From contig JAQGDQ010001075.1 in NCBI GenBank assembly GCA_030141605.1, forward strand, positions 1-64,000: a stretch of 64,000 nt of DNA, in the 5' to 3' direction. Of the stretch, positions 13,959 through 28,346 are shown piece by piece; position 1 is the stretch's first letter, and every line of letters begins with the position of its first letter. The notes beneath the pieces were generated by a model. It did not search any database, was not told the DNA's origin, and saw only the letters and a program-made list of their open reading frames with translations. The position numbers and the translations under genes were made by a program. The stretch comes from Tubiluchus corallicola (Eukaryota > Animalia > Priapulida).

Positions 13959-16900
13959 TGAAGTGTTGGTTTTCTGACTGTGTTGTGCAATAGGTATCAT
14001 AAATCTTTATGCACGCAACATTAATTTACACAGATTTTGTGTGTGGATATTGTATACAATTTTTGTGATCTCATTAATGGAAAAATGTACTTCGTAGTGG
14101 TATAGTATGTAAAAAATTAAAGCACAAGGTCAGGACGGTTTATTGACAGTATTTGCATAACGTGGTCGCAGTAGTGAAAAAAGTTTGTTGATAATATTAT
14201 TTGAACTTACCTTGCTAAACATCATATATTTGCGTGGTTGTTGGGCTACGTGCATTGTGCTGTTTTGAGTCATCTTACCGTGTCAATTCTTTAGTAAAAC
14301 GAACTAAAAGAAAATAAACAGCTAATTTACACAATTTTTAACAATGAAAATTAGGCCAACCAAATGTGTAGTGTGCATTATGTATAACAATAATAATGTA
14401 ATAGTAATAGGATATATGGCTGGTATAATATTAGCATACATGAGTTTACAAGTTACACATTTTTTATTTCTTATTAATTTTGCTGTCAATGAAAAAATCA
14501 ACGGTACAATGACAAAACATACATAATCAAAATTACTTTCAAAGCACTTGCAAAAAGTAAAATTATAGACAAAATTAGGGAATTAAAATGCACACAATAG
14601 TGTAATAATGTACCCACATGCAGTGATACTGATATTCCCATATTAATAGCATTTTTGCACTTACCGGTTAAACTTTGACATTCGTGATCCAGATATTTAT
14701 TTGGATACTTAGCTTCCGAAACAACTAATACGTTCCTTCTCGCGTGCGTTCAAGTATAATAACTAGAAACAGAATATTACGATCAACATAAAGAGCAGTA
14801 AAATTTAAATACAACTTAATTGTGCTCGATACGGCTTTCGTGGCTCATATGTATGCACAAAGTCAAATACGTCGATGGGTATGAAAGACCACGTTTACTG
14901 TTTAGCCTGTTCTCATCACATGCGCTGCTTATGCCTGGCTTCACGGCTTGTCACACGTTGCTAACTAGCTTAAGTGCATTAACTCACCGTTAGGTGGGAG
15001 CAGCAAGATAGAAACGTTTTCCTGATTAGAAACGTTTGTTAAAATTTACTACTTCGAAACAAAAAAACTGTGATTGAATTGAATAAATTATTAAATATTT
15101 GCAGGAAACTGTAGCTTACTATTTCGCGTGCAAAACTTTGTCTAATATATTTAGTGTCACTGTCTATGGTGTCTCTCTACATTCGTCTGTTATAGTAATC
15201 ACTGCAGTCTAACGTCTTTAGTACTTTTATTTAGGAAACTTTTGAATACTATCTTGTTATTTTTTATTGTGCCTCTATAATGTTACTAATCCAACTACTC
15301 TCGAACCGCTGTAAAAAGTGCACCAGATTATGGTGTTTTAAAACGAATTATCAATAAATTTTGAAAAAGTTAAGTTTAAATTTATTAGGCATTAGAGAAC
15401 GTTAAAATTTCATATTACATATTCTAAAACGCCATATAATAGATTTATGCAAAAATACACAAAAAGATAAGATCTAAGAAGATGAGATAGATAACAGTAA
15501 AAGATAGATAACGGTAAAACAAAAAGACACATGACAAAAAGTAAAAACAAAAATAAAATAAGCAAGAAAATTTAAAGAATGGTCCATGCAACGACTAGGG
15601 AATTATAGTATGGAATTAATATGATTTTCAGTTCTTTCGCTTCTGTTTTCGTTATCGCATTTGCCATTATGTCCAATTTTTTTATTACATGATTATCAGT
15701 CCAAGCAATAGATTAAACTGCAGTTATCTATTGTTCTAACACAGTTCTTGTTAAAGCTTTCGTTATTACAGGTGGCATGAGAGAAAAGAAAGGGCAACTT
15801 TATGGAAAGCACTGACTGTTATTGACCTCAGTTGAATTTTTATACGTTAAATATCGGTCCAATATTCCGACATGTTTGCGAATGTAGCTTGTGCAGTTTG
15901 CCAATTAACTTTTTATTTATTTTTTGTGCCTTCATGCGATAAATAAATGTCACTTAACATTTTATTCATTTTAAGGTCGGTCTATCTTCTGGTGCACCTA
16001 CTGTTTAATATCGATCAAGCACACCGCGACTTGTCCACAGGATGGCAGCACCAATCAACAATCCACAAAATGCGTAACTAAATGTGAAACAAATAAGTTA
16101 ACTGAGCAGAACATTTTTTACAAAAAAAATGTGCAGTTGGTACTTGTGATCAATACAAAATAAAAAATTAAAAAGTAAGATGCAACAGGAATCTAAAACA
16201 TCCTAACAAATGTAACTTAACTGTGGCTGCTATCAGCTAACACTTGATTAAAGTTGTATGGTAGGGTTGGTGAACCAGTATAATGAGTGAGTCATGTCTT
16301 GCTGGTCAACTAGTCAAGATATTGCGACTTAAAAAAAATTTCACATTTTCATTTAGTTTTTATGCAACTTGCCGAAAAGAAAGTCAGTAGCAACTCAGTG
16401 TAAAGGACTACATTAGAAAGGTGGAAATATGAATACAGGAAACGAATTTTTGTAACTAATTTTGCTCATTATAGGAGGAACTTAATAAGATTCTTCTACT
16501 TTAAAACCGGTGAAGGCATAGTTAGCAGGGAGATAATTCGCGTAAGGAATTCGACTAATAACAGGTCCGGAGAAAAAGCGTGATCAATGAACCATAGTTT
16601 TGCATCTAGGAATGTCCCAGGTAAAATACGAGAAACACCAAAATCAAAGCGAATACCACGAAAAAAACTGTCAACTTTTTGAAACAATCTTCGAGAGTTC
16701 CTGACTGAACTTAAAAGAGGCATAGAGGAACAAAAGCTGTCTTGAAATTTCTATATTTATTATACGTTCTTTCAGTTGATGGGTTAAAAGACTTCAAATA
16801 ATTATAAAAAAGGCATTTTCGTTTTGCAAACATTAAATAAGTACAAAAATCATCAGTAGAATATAAGTACTATGGATGTAGTTGCTGCCTAAGGCTGATT

Positions 16901-17174
16901 ACACGTGAATATCAGTGAAAGTAATGATAAAGATTATCGGATACTTGTGTTAGGTTTACAAAAGTTAAAAGATTTATCTAAGTAGAAGAACTTTCAATGG
17001 AATATGAGTGCCGAGTGGGAGGGTAATTTACCAAAGGTTACACGGTGAGCAATTTGAGCAAGTGAGAGTAATGGCACTGCATATAGGTATAATGATTAGT
17101 AAGAGTCAGTATTAGTTCCCTGCTTATTATTTATGGCGACAGCAATCGAAGCGTTGGTAGGTTTAGTCTCGGCC

Positions 17175-17190
17175 TGTCTGTCTGCCTATA

Positions 17191-17246
<56 letters not shown>
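17175..17246. repeat. (TGTC)n microsatellite
   Basis: Directly visible. Confidence 0.97.
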
Positions 17247-18449
17247 CGCCCGTCCGTAGGTCCGTTTGTCTGAATAGTTATTATTAATAAAGATGATCAA
17301 TCAAAAATGTGTGACCAAAATACATTTGAAAGCTGATTCAACAGTCAATTAATTCTAGAAAGCAGATGCAAACGTAAACTCAAACTGACTGCTTCTCTTA
17401 GGACACTTCAAATCATTCAACTTTCAGTGTTTACAATGAAGTGAAATTTGTCTTCAGCATCAATGAAATTAGATCTACTGTAAGACTAAGTGGTGAAGAG
17501 TAGTAGTAAAATAATTTCTTGATAAAACGTGTTTAGCGTTTTTGTATTTAGTCCCATTTTTTTCATTTTTGTTCACATTTAGTTTCACTGCCATGTACAA
17601 GAGCTACAAGAATTCTCAAACAAAATGACTCAGTTATTTCACTCAAGTTATGTGCACATTTAGTGTGAAAGTTTAAACGTTGTTTCCTAAGACCAAAATG
17701 CTAGGCGTTAATGAAAAATGCCAATTCCCGTACAAAGTTGTGAAATTTATGTTTTTTTAATTATGCTACAATAAAATTAGATCGCATTGCCTTGGTTTCA
17801 AATTTATACACGATCAGTCTAAAAGATTGATGCAAACAATGTGAGTTTAAACAAACTAAGTGAATTATCCCAGATAAACTTTGTGAATAATAATTAAAAG
17901 GTCTGCCAAATACTGGACGTTCAATCTTAACAAACAATATTGCTATTTTATACTGTAAAGTGGTGTCTGACAAGCTCCTGTAACAGCAAAAAACTTACAT
18001 TAAAAAGTCAGATGAGAAGCCAAAAGGAGAGATGTTGGCTATATCGAGGTAGACCTCCGCTGGCTGATTCACGTTTGCTGATCTGATGTATTGTCTTATA
18101 TGTAAAAACGCACCGTCAGACTGAGAGTGATCATGTTACGTCTAGTTATGGCTATTAAGAAATTGCAAGACGCGACAAAACAACGCCATTTATATGAAAC
18201 GTTCATACATATAATGACGTGGGCAGCTTGATCAGTCAAGCATTAATCAGTCAAACATCAGTGTCGTTTATATATTCTGTCTAAATATGCGTACTCCATC
18301 ACTGTAATAATACCGACTATGCATGAGATTCATTCTTTAACACTCGTCCCAGATAGGCTGCTCTGGCTTCTCCTTCCAAATTACCGCATCAGAGACACTT
18401 TCTCTATCACTTTTTTCTGACGAAATTATAAAACTACCGTATTTGTTGA

Positions 18450-21250
18450 AGTGTTTAGTGTAGGTACTCTTGCAGCAGCAACAGTAGTATATTATTCATG
18501 TAGTTCCAGAGAATTTTGGAAAACCACTGATTTAGTTTTACGACATAGCATACAGAAATTTGAAGTACTACAAAATATGATCAAACATACGTAAAGGTGG
18601 CAAGGACAACAAAGTTCGACGATCATATTTCAGCCAGTGCTTTCTACAGAGCCCATCTAATGAGTTTTTGAAAATGAGTTAATGAACGTTCACTGATGAT
18701 GAAAGTCTAACAGTAACCTATGCAAGAAGCTTGTTTCAAATTGGTGGTATCGTACCAGAGAAGAAATCATTATAACCAGTTTTGTGTTTCGTACGAGGCT
18801 GGCTGCAACTCTGGCGCGAAAAGTGCGATTTACTATAAAGTGCAATGGTGACACATTTGTAGAATAAACTTAAATATTAGTTTATAATCAATCAATTGGC
18901 CCTTATTTTGTCAGAGTATGATAATCCATTCTAGCTGACTACAATATTTAAATATCCTAATCTGAACGTTTTGTATGGGATTCATAATGTAGACTCTCTT
19001 CGCATATTGTAAACCGAACTAGCATAATCTAGTCTTGACAAAATAAATGTTAAGTATAGCTGTGTAAATGTGTTAAGATTAAGATGACAAGAATGTCGCT
19101 TGATGACTAAAATCTGCATCACCTTTTTAATTAGTTTGAATTTAATGCCTTGAATTTAAATTCATCATCAACAAATAAACCCAAAGCGCGCTTAAATAAT
19201 GAATAAATTTAAAACATTGAAGCGTGATTTTTATCGGCCCTTTTATAATCAAAAATGTAACCATCACCAACAGGGATTATTTTAGATTTGGCAGGATGAC
19301 ATCTCTTTCTATTCTGACCGGCCCCCGAGAAAAGTAAGTCAACATCGCACTGCAGTTGTTTACATTATCTCTGCGTCCTCTATAGTCACCATCACCTAGG
19401 TGCTTCTACGTTCAAAAACATATCACGCTCCACCTATTGACGTCATGCATTCTGTCCACTGCCACTGCCCACGATGTATCATCCCTCAAACCTATGGTTG
19501 CTTTTCCTTACAAAAGCATGCTGTTCAACACATGCTACATTATATCTGGCTAGATTATCCATTACGTGGTAGCAAATGACATGTCCCGCTGTGCTACACA
19601 CTACATTCAGAGACTTACAGGTCTGTAGTTTGAATAGTTTTTTTTCTCATTTTAAAAAAATATGAGTTATGCGTGCATTTCTCCACGCGCTTGGCATCTC
19701 ACACACAGTAAAAGAAGCATTTATAATATTTGCCATCGGTTCACAAAGAGAGTTATTACGCTCTTTTGGACCACGTTTACGAAAAATATCAGGTGATGAT
19801 TTACAAGAATTTAAATTACCAAAGAGTATCTTAACTTGGTCACGTGTAACAAGCAGTGGTTCAATATCACGACACAACTGCACGTATACTAACTGAGGAT
19901 AAGTGAACATTAATTTTGGCCCTATACACACTAGTGAAGAATGAGTGTAAAATTTTAGCTTTATCAGGCGAACTACAGTTTGTATTGTCTACGTCGTCTT
20001 TTAATAATTTGTGGACTTTTATTAACTTTGTGGGTTACAGCACTTTTTGACACATCCTGACAAAACATTTAAGGGATTTCTTTTAACATTTGCAGCAATA
20101 TCTTGTTCGCACGCCTTTCTTTTCCGAAGCAGCATAACTTTCATAATTACACACAGCCTTATTCTATAATCATTGATTAAATAATTGCCTTTTCTGACGT
20201 ACTAATTCTAACAAATTGTTTATCATCCATGGAAGTCGCCTATTATACTTTCGCTAGGATCATATAATAGTAAGAAGGAACCATAGAATTTACAGTATAC
20301 AATCTGCTCAAACTTACTACAAAAATTATTCCACATACTTTGAACTGAAGTTCCTAATGTTGCATTACCCCAATTATATTATGCCACTTCTTAGACATTT
20401 ATTTTATAATCGTCAGTGTTTAAGGCTAAGTTCTTGATTGGTAAAATGTGGATGGCTTATTATCAACTTTTGGTGTATTTCAACACAAAAAATGATCATT
20501 ACTAAAAAGTGATGGTTGCATAGGTAAGTTGATTACAATATTATCATAATTAGTGAAAACCAAATCCGCTGATGATAGCTTCTGACCTTCCCTATATTTA
20601 GCATATGTTTCACTTAGTTTGTTAAAATACTGCTCGGCATTTGCATATCAGAAGTTAATTCATTTAGCATTAATAGGTTTAGCGCGATTTCAAGATTTTT
20701 TGCATTTATGTTTTAAACTGTTGTCGTTTGTAGTATGATTCAGTTACTGCTCCTCTTTTTGTATGCGGTCCCTTTCCCTTAGTTAATGTGCCAGTTTTTT
20801 GTTCTTCATCTCTCTTGATTTGTGCTTAAAGCTCTTCCTTTTACTTTTTTGTTTGAAGGTTTTAAATCTGGTCTAACAAACACCACATCTGTGTCTTTGT
20901 TGTAATTTTAATTACTATGAAGTTTGGATCTTAATTTCTGGCAAAGGGGGAACATTTCAGGATTATTTTTGATTTCTTCTCTATCGTATTGTTCTTAGTT
21001 TTCATCAGTTTTCGTTTCGACATAGTTTAATACTACTCAGTTGGAGAACTAATTTCAATATTATACCCGCTAGTGCTTATCATCCCATTTACCTTTACTT
21101 TGACCTCGTCAAAAGCAACAATGTCAGCTTTCCTTGAACTCTCATTATGTACGGCAATTGCTCAAAACAATGTCACGTGAGAGAAAATAGGTTTGCTATT
21201 GTTTGAAATGTCGTGTACGCCGTTGTCAAACAAAGTCTTCAATTCACCAA
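18450..21250 (-). mobile_element. Decayed CR1-group LINE (ORF1 remnant, ORF2 fragments)
   Basis: 19647..19931 encodes SSPDIF...LCEPMANIINASF..CEMPSAWRNARITHIF followed by NYRPVSL (~19610-19630), the start of a non-LTR RT. DVVFVRPDLK (~20860-20890) resembles CR1-group ORF1. RLDYASS-like C-terminal motif near 19020. Many stops and frameshifts; boundaries approximate. Confidence 0.75.
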
Positions 21251-24200
21251 CAATGTCAGGTGATCAGTCACTAGTAAATTTTTAAAGTAAGCGTGATTTG
21301 CAGTTGTTATAAAATTCATTAAAATTTATAAACTTTTTATTACATTAGACAGAGTACATCACCGCCAGTTAATGACATTAACTTTGTTGAGGAGTAGGTG
21401 ACAGTGTCCGTCATTGACGATTACATGGAGTCTGTGTGTGTACTATACAGTCTCAAAAATAGTGCTATTCGTGATAAGCCCTTATGGCCTTATACTAGGT
21501 ATTTGTGGTATAGCATTAAATATAATTAGCATGAATCACCTTCAAATATATTTGCAAATTGCAAATATGCGTTCAGAATTTTGCAAACATGTGTTGTAAA
21601 CATCGTAGCGTGTGTACGTCATCTCATTAATACAATTGTTTACTCATAAAGTGGCCAGGAATCAAGATACGATGTCTAAAGTACAAAAGTAAATCCAAAA
21701 CGTCTCACATGGTAAGTGACAAGACCCCTGGATGGGCTAGGTAAATCGTACAGATCTTTTCTTGAAAAACAGCTCCGTAAAAATATGTTGCGATGCGTAA
21801 ATTAGAATGCACAAGATAGAAAAATTATAAAATAGAAAAAGTGGAACTACGCAAAAATAATGTTTTTTTACGTCATCATGGTATCACATTGCAGAAATTC
21901 ATTTGGAACAAAATAACAACTGTTACTCAAACTCAAAATATCTAACCCAATGAACTTAAACGCGTTTTTATAACATACAGCGTCGTTTGAAATGATATGC
22001 TTCACTCATAAGTATTGGTAAAATGACTAACTTTATTAATATCACAAATAATTAGTTAAACTTCACCAGCCATCGTGCAAACCGCATAATCTGTACACAT
22101 GCGCAGTTCAATCTAGTATACTACACACGTTAACGTCCAGATATAGTATAATCTCTTACTAAATCACTTAACACTAAAACAGAAAGAAAAGTCAATTTTA
22201 AAACGTTCCCTGGTAAAACGATACTGCATCGCCATTCCAGTATGCAACACTAATTTATCAAAAAAAAACATATTATTGATCTTATTGACAATATAAAGTA
22301 ATGCTTAGTTAGTGAAGAGTGCACTACGCCCCGATTATTTTTTTAAACTTTACGCGATGTTATCTAAACTTGTTTCAAACGATCTACCGTCAACTTCGTC
22401 ACAATGGCTGCGCCTTATGGTCATTGCGGGAGTCTAAATTTACCGATAGTGCAAGTCCTGTAGGCAATAACACAGTGATATAAAATTTAAAGAGATTTGT
22501 TTAACTTGTATTTATGAAAAGCTTTTTTGTGCTTTACCTGCATTTCCATTATGATTTGAGCACATCACCATATTCCTATTGGACGTTTCTTCTAGAACAG
22601 TCTGTACAAAATATACATAATTATGAAAAATAAAAATTACTACACGTACTACTGACATTCTAGTATAAATTGAACGCCGTGAAAAGTGTTTTATTTTAAG
22701 GACTGTTTGGTGTATCACATTAATTATTCAAGCGCTCCTCATTTACATGCTAGCAAATCTAAGGCGTTTTAAAGGTCAGCATACACTCTGATTTCTAATT
22801 TTCTACAATTTTTCTCCAAACTTAGCAATCTTACATATTTAAAAAAAAGCCTTTCTTACTGGAGCTCATTGATATGGCGTCGACAGTAACATTAGAAATG
22901 TGGTCCAAAACCAGCCCAGCAAGGTGTCCCTTCGATCACTAACTGAAGTTCAGTGGAAATTCAGAGTGCCTTATAGACCACATTATTCTCTGACTGTTAA
23001 CAACGTAGTTTTTCAACAAAAGTCCAGCCGTCTTCACAAGTCACGGGCTGTGAGAAACCTTCTCATTGCAAGATACCCGCCTTCCTAATGGATTGATCTC
23101 TGAGGTTCTCGATGTCACTGCGAAAGGTAGCGAAAATACTAAAAGAATGGCCAAGGTCTTCATTCATCCGTACCAACATTTAAAACATTTTGCATTGTTT
23201 GTTAAAAATATGGAAAATATATTGTGTACAGTAATTCCTGAGAAGACATCATGTATTTCTTTGTTATTTCTTTCTAGTCATTGCATAACTCATCAATAAA
23301 GCCAGAGCAGTTAGGAGATCATTACATACACTCATCACGTACGAGGTAGGCGTTGGACCTGGCTAGATTCCATTCCCACTGTCATAAATATCCGTAGTCC
23401 AGGAGGGTGGGCGAACTATAAGTACAGAATGCTGGTTTGCATTAACATGACATTTCTATATTAATAATTAATATAATAATAATAATATAATATATAATAA
23501 TTAATTTTTTCACATTCCAAAAACCACTACCATCAACATTAGTGTCCTAGCGTGTAACATTGCAGTGTACCACACTGTATAAAAAAGATTGACTTGCTTG
23601 CGATTTTCCTTGTTAAAGCTTTGCGTTACTTAATGGTAATTTTGATATTTTCAAAAGCGTGGTGAAATGGCTATATGCGGAATCATATCCTCGCGACAAT
23701 GTAGCCACCAGACATGATATTGTCTTACATGCACATATGTTGACAGTCACTAAATCGTGTCACGTATTTCACAGACCTATGATTTCTCAAACAAAACTGC
23801 GAACGAGGACTTTTCATTATCTCAAATCAACTATCATAAGACTCGTGACGAGGTGTCGTCTATGGCCCACTATATAGAAAACTAACATCAACCATGAAAA
23901 CTATAATAATTAATAAATTATCTATTTTTGCTACTTGTTAGCCTAGTCTGTCCGCAAGTCCTCATCAGGCAAATGTTTTAAAACGTTTTTATTTTGGTCA
24001 ATAGTAGAAAATGGCGAACATATTCTACTCTACTGATTCCAAACTGGCATCCAAACTCTGCAGTGTGCTTACCTAGTTAGTATGTTCATGTCTGTGGCAG
24101 AACTGGAACCTATATATATATATATATATTTACGGATTGGTTTAAACTGTATTTATTAGTACAATGAAAATGAAACAATATATATACATGAACAGCTGAA

Positions 24201-24779
24201 ATCGTTTAACCCGACTGGCTGACAGGTTTATAAAAAAACATATAAAGGCCTCTCACCTGAGACAAGCACACTATCAAAAATCATTGAGAAATACAATATA
24301 ACTTCATATATTAGTGGTATAACAGACAGTAAGACGTGCAAGAACATGGCGAAGATTAGTTGGGGGTGGATGATATAGAGATATGATAGATTGGACAATA
24401 AAATAGATGGTTAATGATACTCAGATATCGGCATATAAGATAAGGGTCTACGAATTTATTAAGGTTACATAGTGTTTACAGATGCCCAAAATGCTCTTAG
24501 CTGAAAATTTGGTTATTTTCACCAGTATATACACCACAATTACGAATGCAATTCGAAATGCAAGATTAGAAAAAATAGATAAGTAAATAAAAAATATGTT
24601 TTTATGCTGTCGAAAAGCTAACTTCCTGTTAACTATATTGTTGATAAAGTGGTGAGCAATGTGCGAATTATGTTGCTTTACGATGTAAATAATTACATAT
24701 TTTGCATCTTTTCCTTGTCATGATAAAATCGACAGATGCTAGTGTAATATCTCTGCTAAAAGACGATGACTGATTAGGA

Positions 24780-26606
24780 TCACAACCTAGTGTAATGTTA
24801 ATGTTATTATTTACTGCAATTGGAAAAGGATTAATAGTGAGGAGCCGAGTATTTTCGAAATTTGGACATTCTAGAAAGAGTGTTTAGGATACTCAAATGG
24901 GGTTCCACATAAACAGTTAGGAGAATGAGCAATATAATTTGGAAAATTATGAGCAACTAGGAGGCTGTTGCATAGCCTCATTCTCTTAAGATGAATTTGT
25001 CCCAAACGACAACCAAGGTAAATATAAGACGGAGGAGAGAAAGTTTGGAATTGGTCAAGATGATCAGTTTTACTTTTAAATTGTGCTAGGCATGCTACAT
25101 TTTTAACATCTTTAGGAAATTCATTCCAGATGTATGGAGTTGATATGAAGAAGCAATCACGATATAAGGTAGTTCTAGAGTAAGAAGTAGAGATATGGTT
25201 AGAATTAGCTACCAGCAATTTGGGAGACAGTTGCGTAATAGACTGAGTAGAAAAGTAGGAGTTATGCCATTGATAATTTTGTAGAATTGAACATTTTTGT
25301 ACAGAGTACTCCTAACATTCAAAAGTAGAAGTCCCACTTCTGCAAAAAATCGACTATGAGAAGTTCCTCTGAGAATTCCTATTATTATACAGAAGGCGGC
25401 CAGTTGAACTTCTAGCTGGGGACTGTGTAGCTCTGCAGTTATCCCATAAGCAACATGCACGTACTAAAATCGGTCTTATGAAGCTGATATATAAAGTCCC
25501 GAGAGTTTTCCGGTCTAATTAGCACTTGAAGCCTTGAATTAAATTTAGGCGGACTTTGGCTCTTGAGATTATGTTATTAATATGATCGGACCATAGTCCA
25601 TTGGAGGAAAACGTAATAGTCCCAGATGCTGTGTTGTTTCAGGTCAGAGTTGTGTTCACCATTGAAGTATAAAGGTGGGTGTAAAAGAATTGGTCTTTTG
25701 CTTGGAATGACTGAAGATTCGTTATTTTGAGGATTAAAACTGACCAGTCATTTTTGGACTACGTTTTAATCTTTCTAGGTCATTATACAATGTTAATGCA
25801 GATTGGGGGGAATTATCTAGAGCTTCTACAATGAAATTATAAAAGTAAAGGAGCTTATTATAGTTGAGTCGCCGGGAATGAAACCAGACTGAAGGGGAAT
25901 TAGTATGTTGTTCAAGTTAGGTGATTAAATAAGTGAATAAAGAACATCTTTCAAATACTTTGGAAATGGAACGATAATTAGTAACAAGTTTTTTCTCAGC
26001 TCTTTTAAATACGGGCAATGACTAGCTCTTTTCCACTGGGAAAATAACCTTCACTGAACCTACAAGAGAAAATAGAAGAAAGAGGAAAAATACTGGGAGA
26101 ATCTATCAGTAGATTGGAGCTAATAAGATCTGGTCCGGTTGCTATTCCCTTGACCATGTTTTCAGTCATGAGGGAGGAGCTTAAAGAGTTTATGTGACGG
26201 TTTCTGTTCAGTATAGGAAGGGGTTATTTGTATTATTTATGGTCATAATGGACGAAAAGATATCATTAAACCCATTAGCTTTTTCAACTGAACGAAAAGC
26301 AAGTTGGTTGTTGTTTAGCAGAACGGGTGGGTATGCTGATGTAAAATTACCACGAATTTTTGTAAGCAGTTTCCACCATAGTTTATCGTTCGAGAGTACA
26401 GAAGTTTGTATGGATGTGACAAGTCGTGAATTACAGTCTTGACGCGCTTTCCTGCTGGCCGTAACAGCTTTGATACGAAGAGAACGAAAGTGTGCCCAGT
26501 CACGAGGAAGGTTGGAGCATTTGGCTTTAGAGTGAGCAGAGTTACGTTTACGGATAGCAAACCACGGATTATCTTCTGAGAAGAAATAATAAGGTGAAAT
26601 GGCCAC
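24780..26606 (-). mobile_element. Decayed, 5'-truncated CR1/L2-group LINE ORF2 with internal deletion
   Basis: Collinear fragments: NPWF..RKRN..H.KAK...DWAHFRSLR...KLWWKL (26208..26606), LQSGFIPGDST (~25865-25897), NDLERL..VSFNP, FFISTPYIWNEFP and the C-terminal CLCG..E..KH motif (24871..25218). Confidence 0.85.
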
Positions 26607-28139
26607 GTTCAGATGTACATCCTCTCACAGTAAGAAAAATAGCCGGAAGCAGTATAGCAGACGAAGTAGTATGGCCTATAAGCTCTTTTCGTGGCTAATC
26701 CATTTATTAACCGAGCCCGTGTCGTTCGTCTTCTTTCGGTAAGCATACATAAACATACGATAAAAGAAACATCAGACTTCACAACAATTACCCTATCGGC
26801 TAATAGCATGAAGCATGGAGGCGTTGAAAAAAACAATGAGCAAACCAAAATTTGGACCTAGAACATTGTGATTCAGGTTGCACGCTCTATCATTTGTCCA
26901 GTCTAGCAAGATTGGTCAGAGATATCATTTAATTAACGGTATGTACTGTTGTGCACTTTTTCGTATGTCGGCTATTGTGGAGAGCTGTCAAGCATTTGAA
27001 TCCATCTTTCAAGTATTAAAAACCTTTCAAAGATAAAAAAGTAATTTTGTTAATATTTTGCTTAAAATATCGAACTATAACCACTTTTTCCACACGATAA
27101 AGTTATTACTACTATTTTCTTTTAAATTCCAATGTGACCTACTTGATATTAGTTCTTGATAAAAGGAATAATGAAGTGTCAATTTTACTATATTTCTGCT
27201 GCAGTGCTGCCCCAGTTTTTGCATTATCTATCGTATTTATAGTAAATAAATTATATTACTACTTGATAAATCTAGATCTTGAAAATTAAAATCCCTCATC
27301 AAAACTAAATTAATTGTGGGTGTGTAACGTCATTATTAAGCTTTGCTCCGCTTTACTAGTAAAGTCTAATTGTCTAACTCAGTAAAGATTTTAAACAAAT
27401 AATATAACGTGTTATTAAAATCTTTTAATTTTCATTTAAATTCACAAAATTATTGTTTTGGCTATCATAATAGTCAATATAACAAAATTATAGACATTGT
27501 TACAATGTTTACACAGATGTGGACGCAGACGCAATAAACACACATGCGTAATAAAATAAATATTGTTTTCATGTATAATAATTATTACATATGCTATAAA
27601 AACTATATAGTATCTTTGTTTAAAATAATATCACTGGGAAATGATGACTTGGTATCTTTGAAAACAATATTCACTCAACGTTTCATTGAAAATTCAGTTC
27701 TTCTCAAAATAAGAGAATTGTCTGCAAGTCTCCACCGAAAGTTACACGGCAATAAAGTTGAAACTTGATGACCAGATCAACTCATACAACGGGAGAAGGG
27801 CGACAGCACCTTTTTAACCTAGCCCTTGTCGGGTTGCCACTTCGAAGATCTGAAACTAGCATTCAGGACTTCTAGGCAAAAGAAACTCCCCGCAGTTCGT
27901 TCTTGCTTGACTAGAAGAATGCGTTGGTTTATCACAAGTCACTAACGACGAGTTGAAAGGCATCTTACCGTAAACCCTGCAAGAAGGTTAGCTTCCTTAA
28001 CTGTTAACACCATTTCAATATGAGCGTCTCAAAGCAAACAAGACCGAAAACGTCGCTGGCAATGTTAACAACCCAATCAAGCATCATCGATGATTTAACC
28101 CATCCCCAGGCTTTCAGCATTTACCACTTTCACATTGGT

Positions 28140-28346
28140 TCAGTTCTTGTGTCGCCGCCGTCTTGATAATCTTGGTAAAAAACCAGCTGCACTTTGGCCA
28201 AGCGCTGTCCTGCACCCAGGCTTGGGTTGTCCATTCTTTTTCAAAGCGATGTAATAGCCTTTGTTCTTATATGCCCAAGACAGATAGTAAGTGTAACCTT
28301 GATGGAACCTTTGTATAAAAAACGATTCCTTGTTGTTTGGATCCGG
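28140..28346 (-). CDS. FGF gene last coding exon (PDPNNKESFFIQRFHQGYTYYLSWAYKNKGYYIALKKNGQPKPGCRTALGQSAAGFLPRLSRRRRHKN*)
   Basis: Acceptor tttttcatttcag, phase 0. YYIALKKNG..K.G.RT..GQ.A..FLP is the FGF beta10-beta12 heparin-binding region. TGA at 28142-28140. Confidence 0.93.
   Translation of the reverse strand, partial: PDPNNKESFFIQRFHQGYTYYLSWAYKNKGYYIALKKNGQPKPGCRTALGQSAAGFLPRLSRRRRHKN

Noticed and set aside
17993-18194. Possible minus-strand promoter and first exon (TATAAA, TCAGTC initiator, gtaagt donor)
   Set aside because: The TATA-to-Inr distance is ~65 nt rather than ~30, and such short motifs are frequent in AT-rich DNA.
23935-23975. Hammerhead-like CTGATGAGGAC on the minus strand
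   Set aside because: Stem II does not pair and no GAAA core follows.
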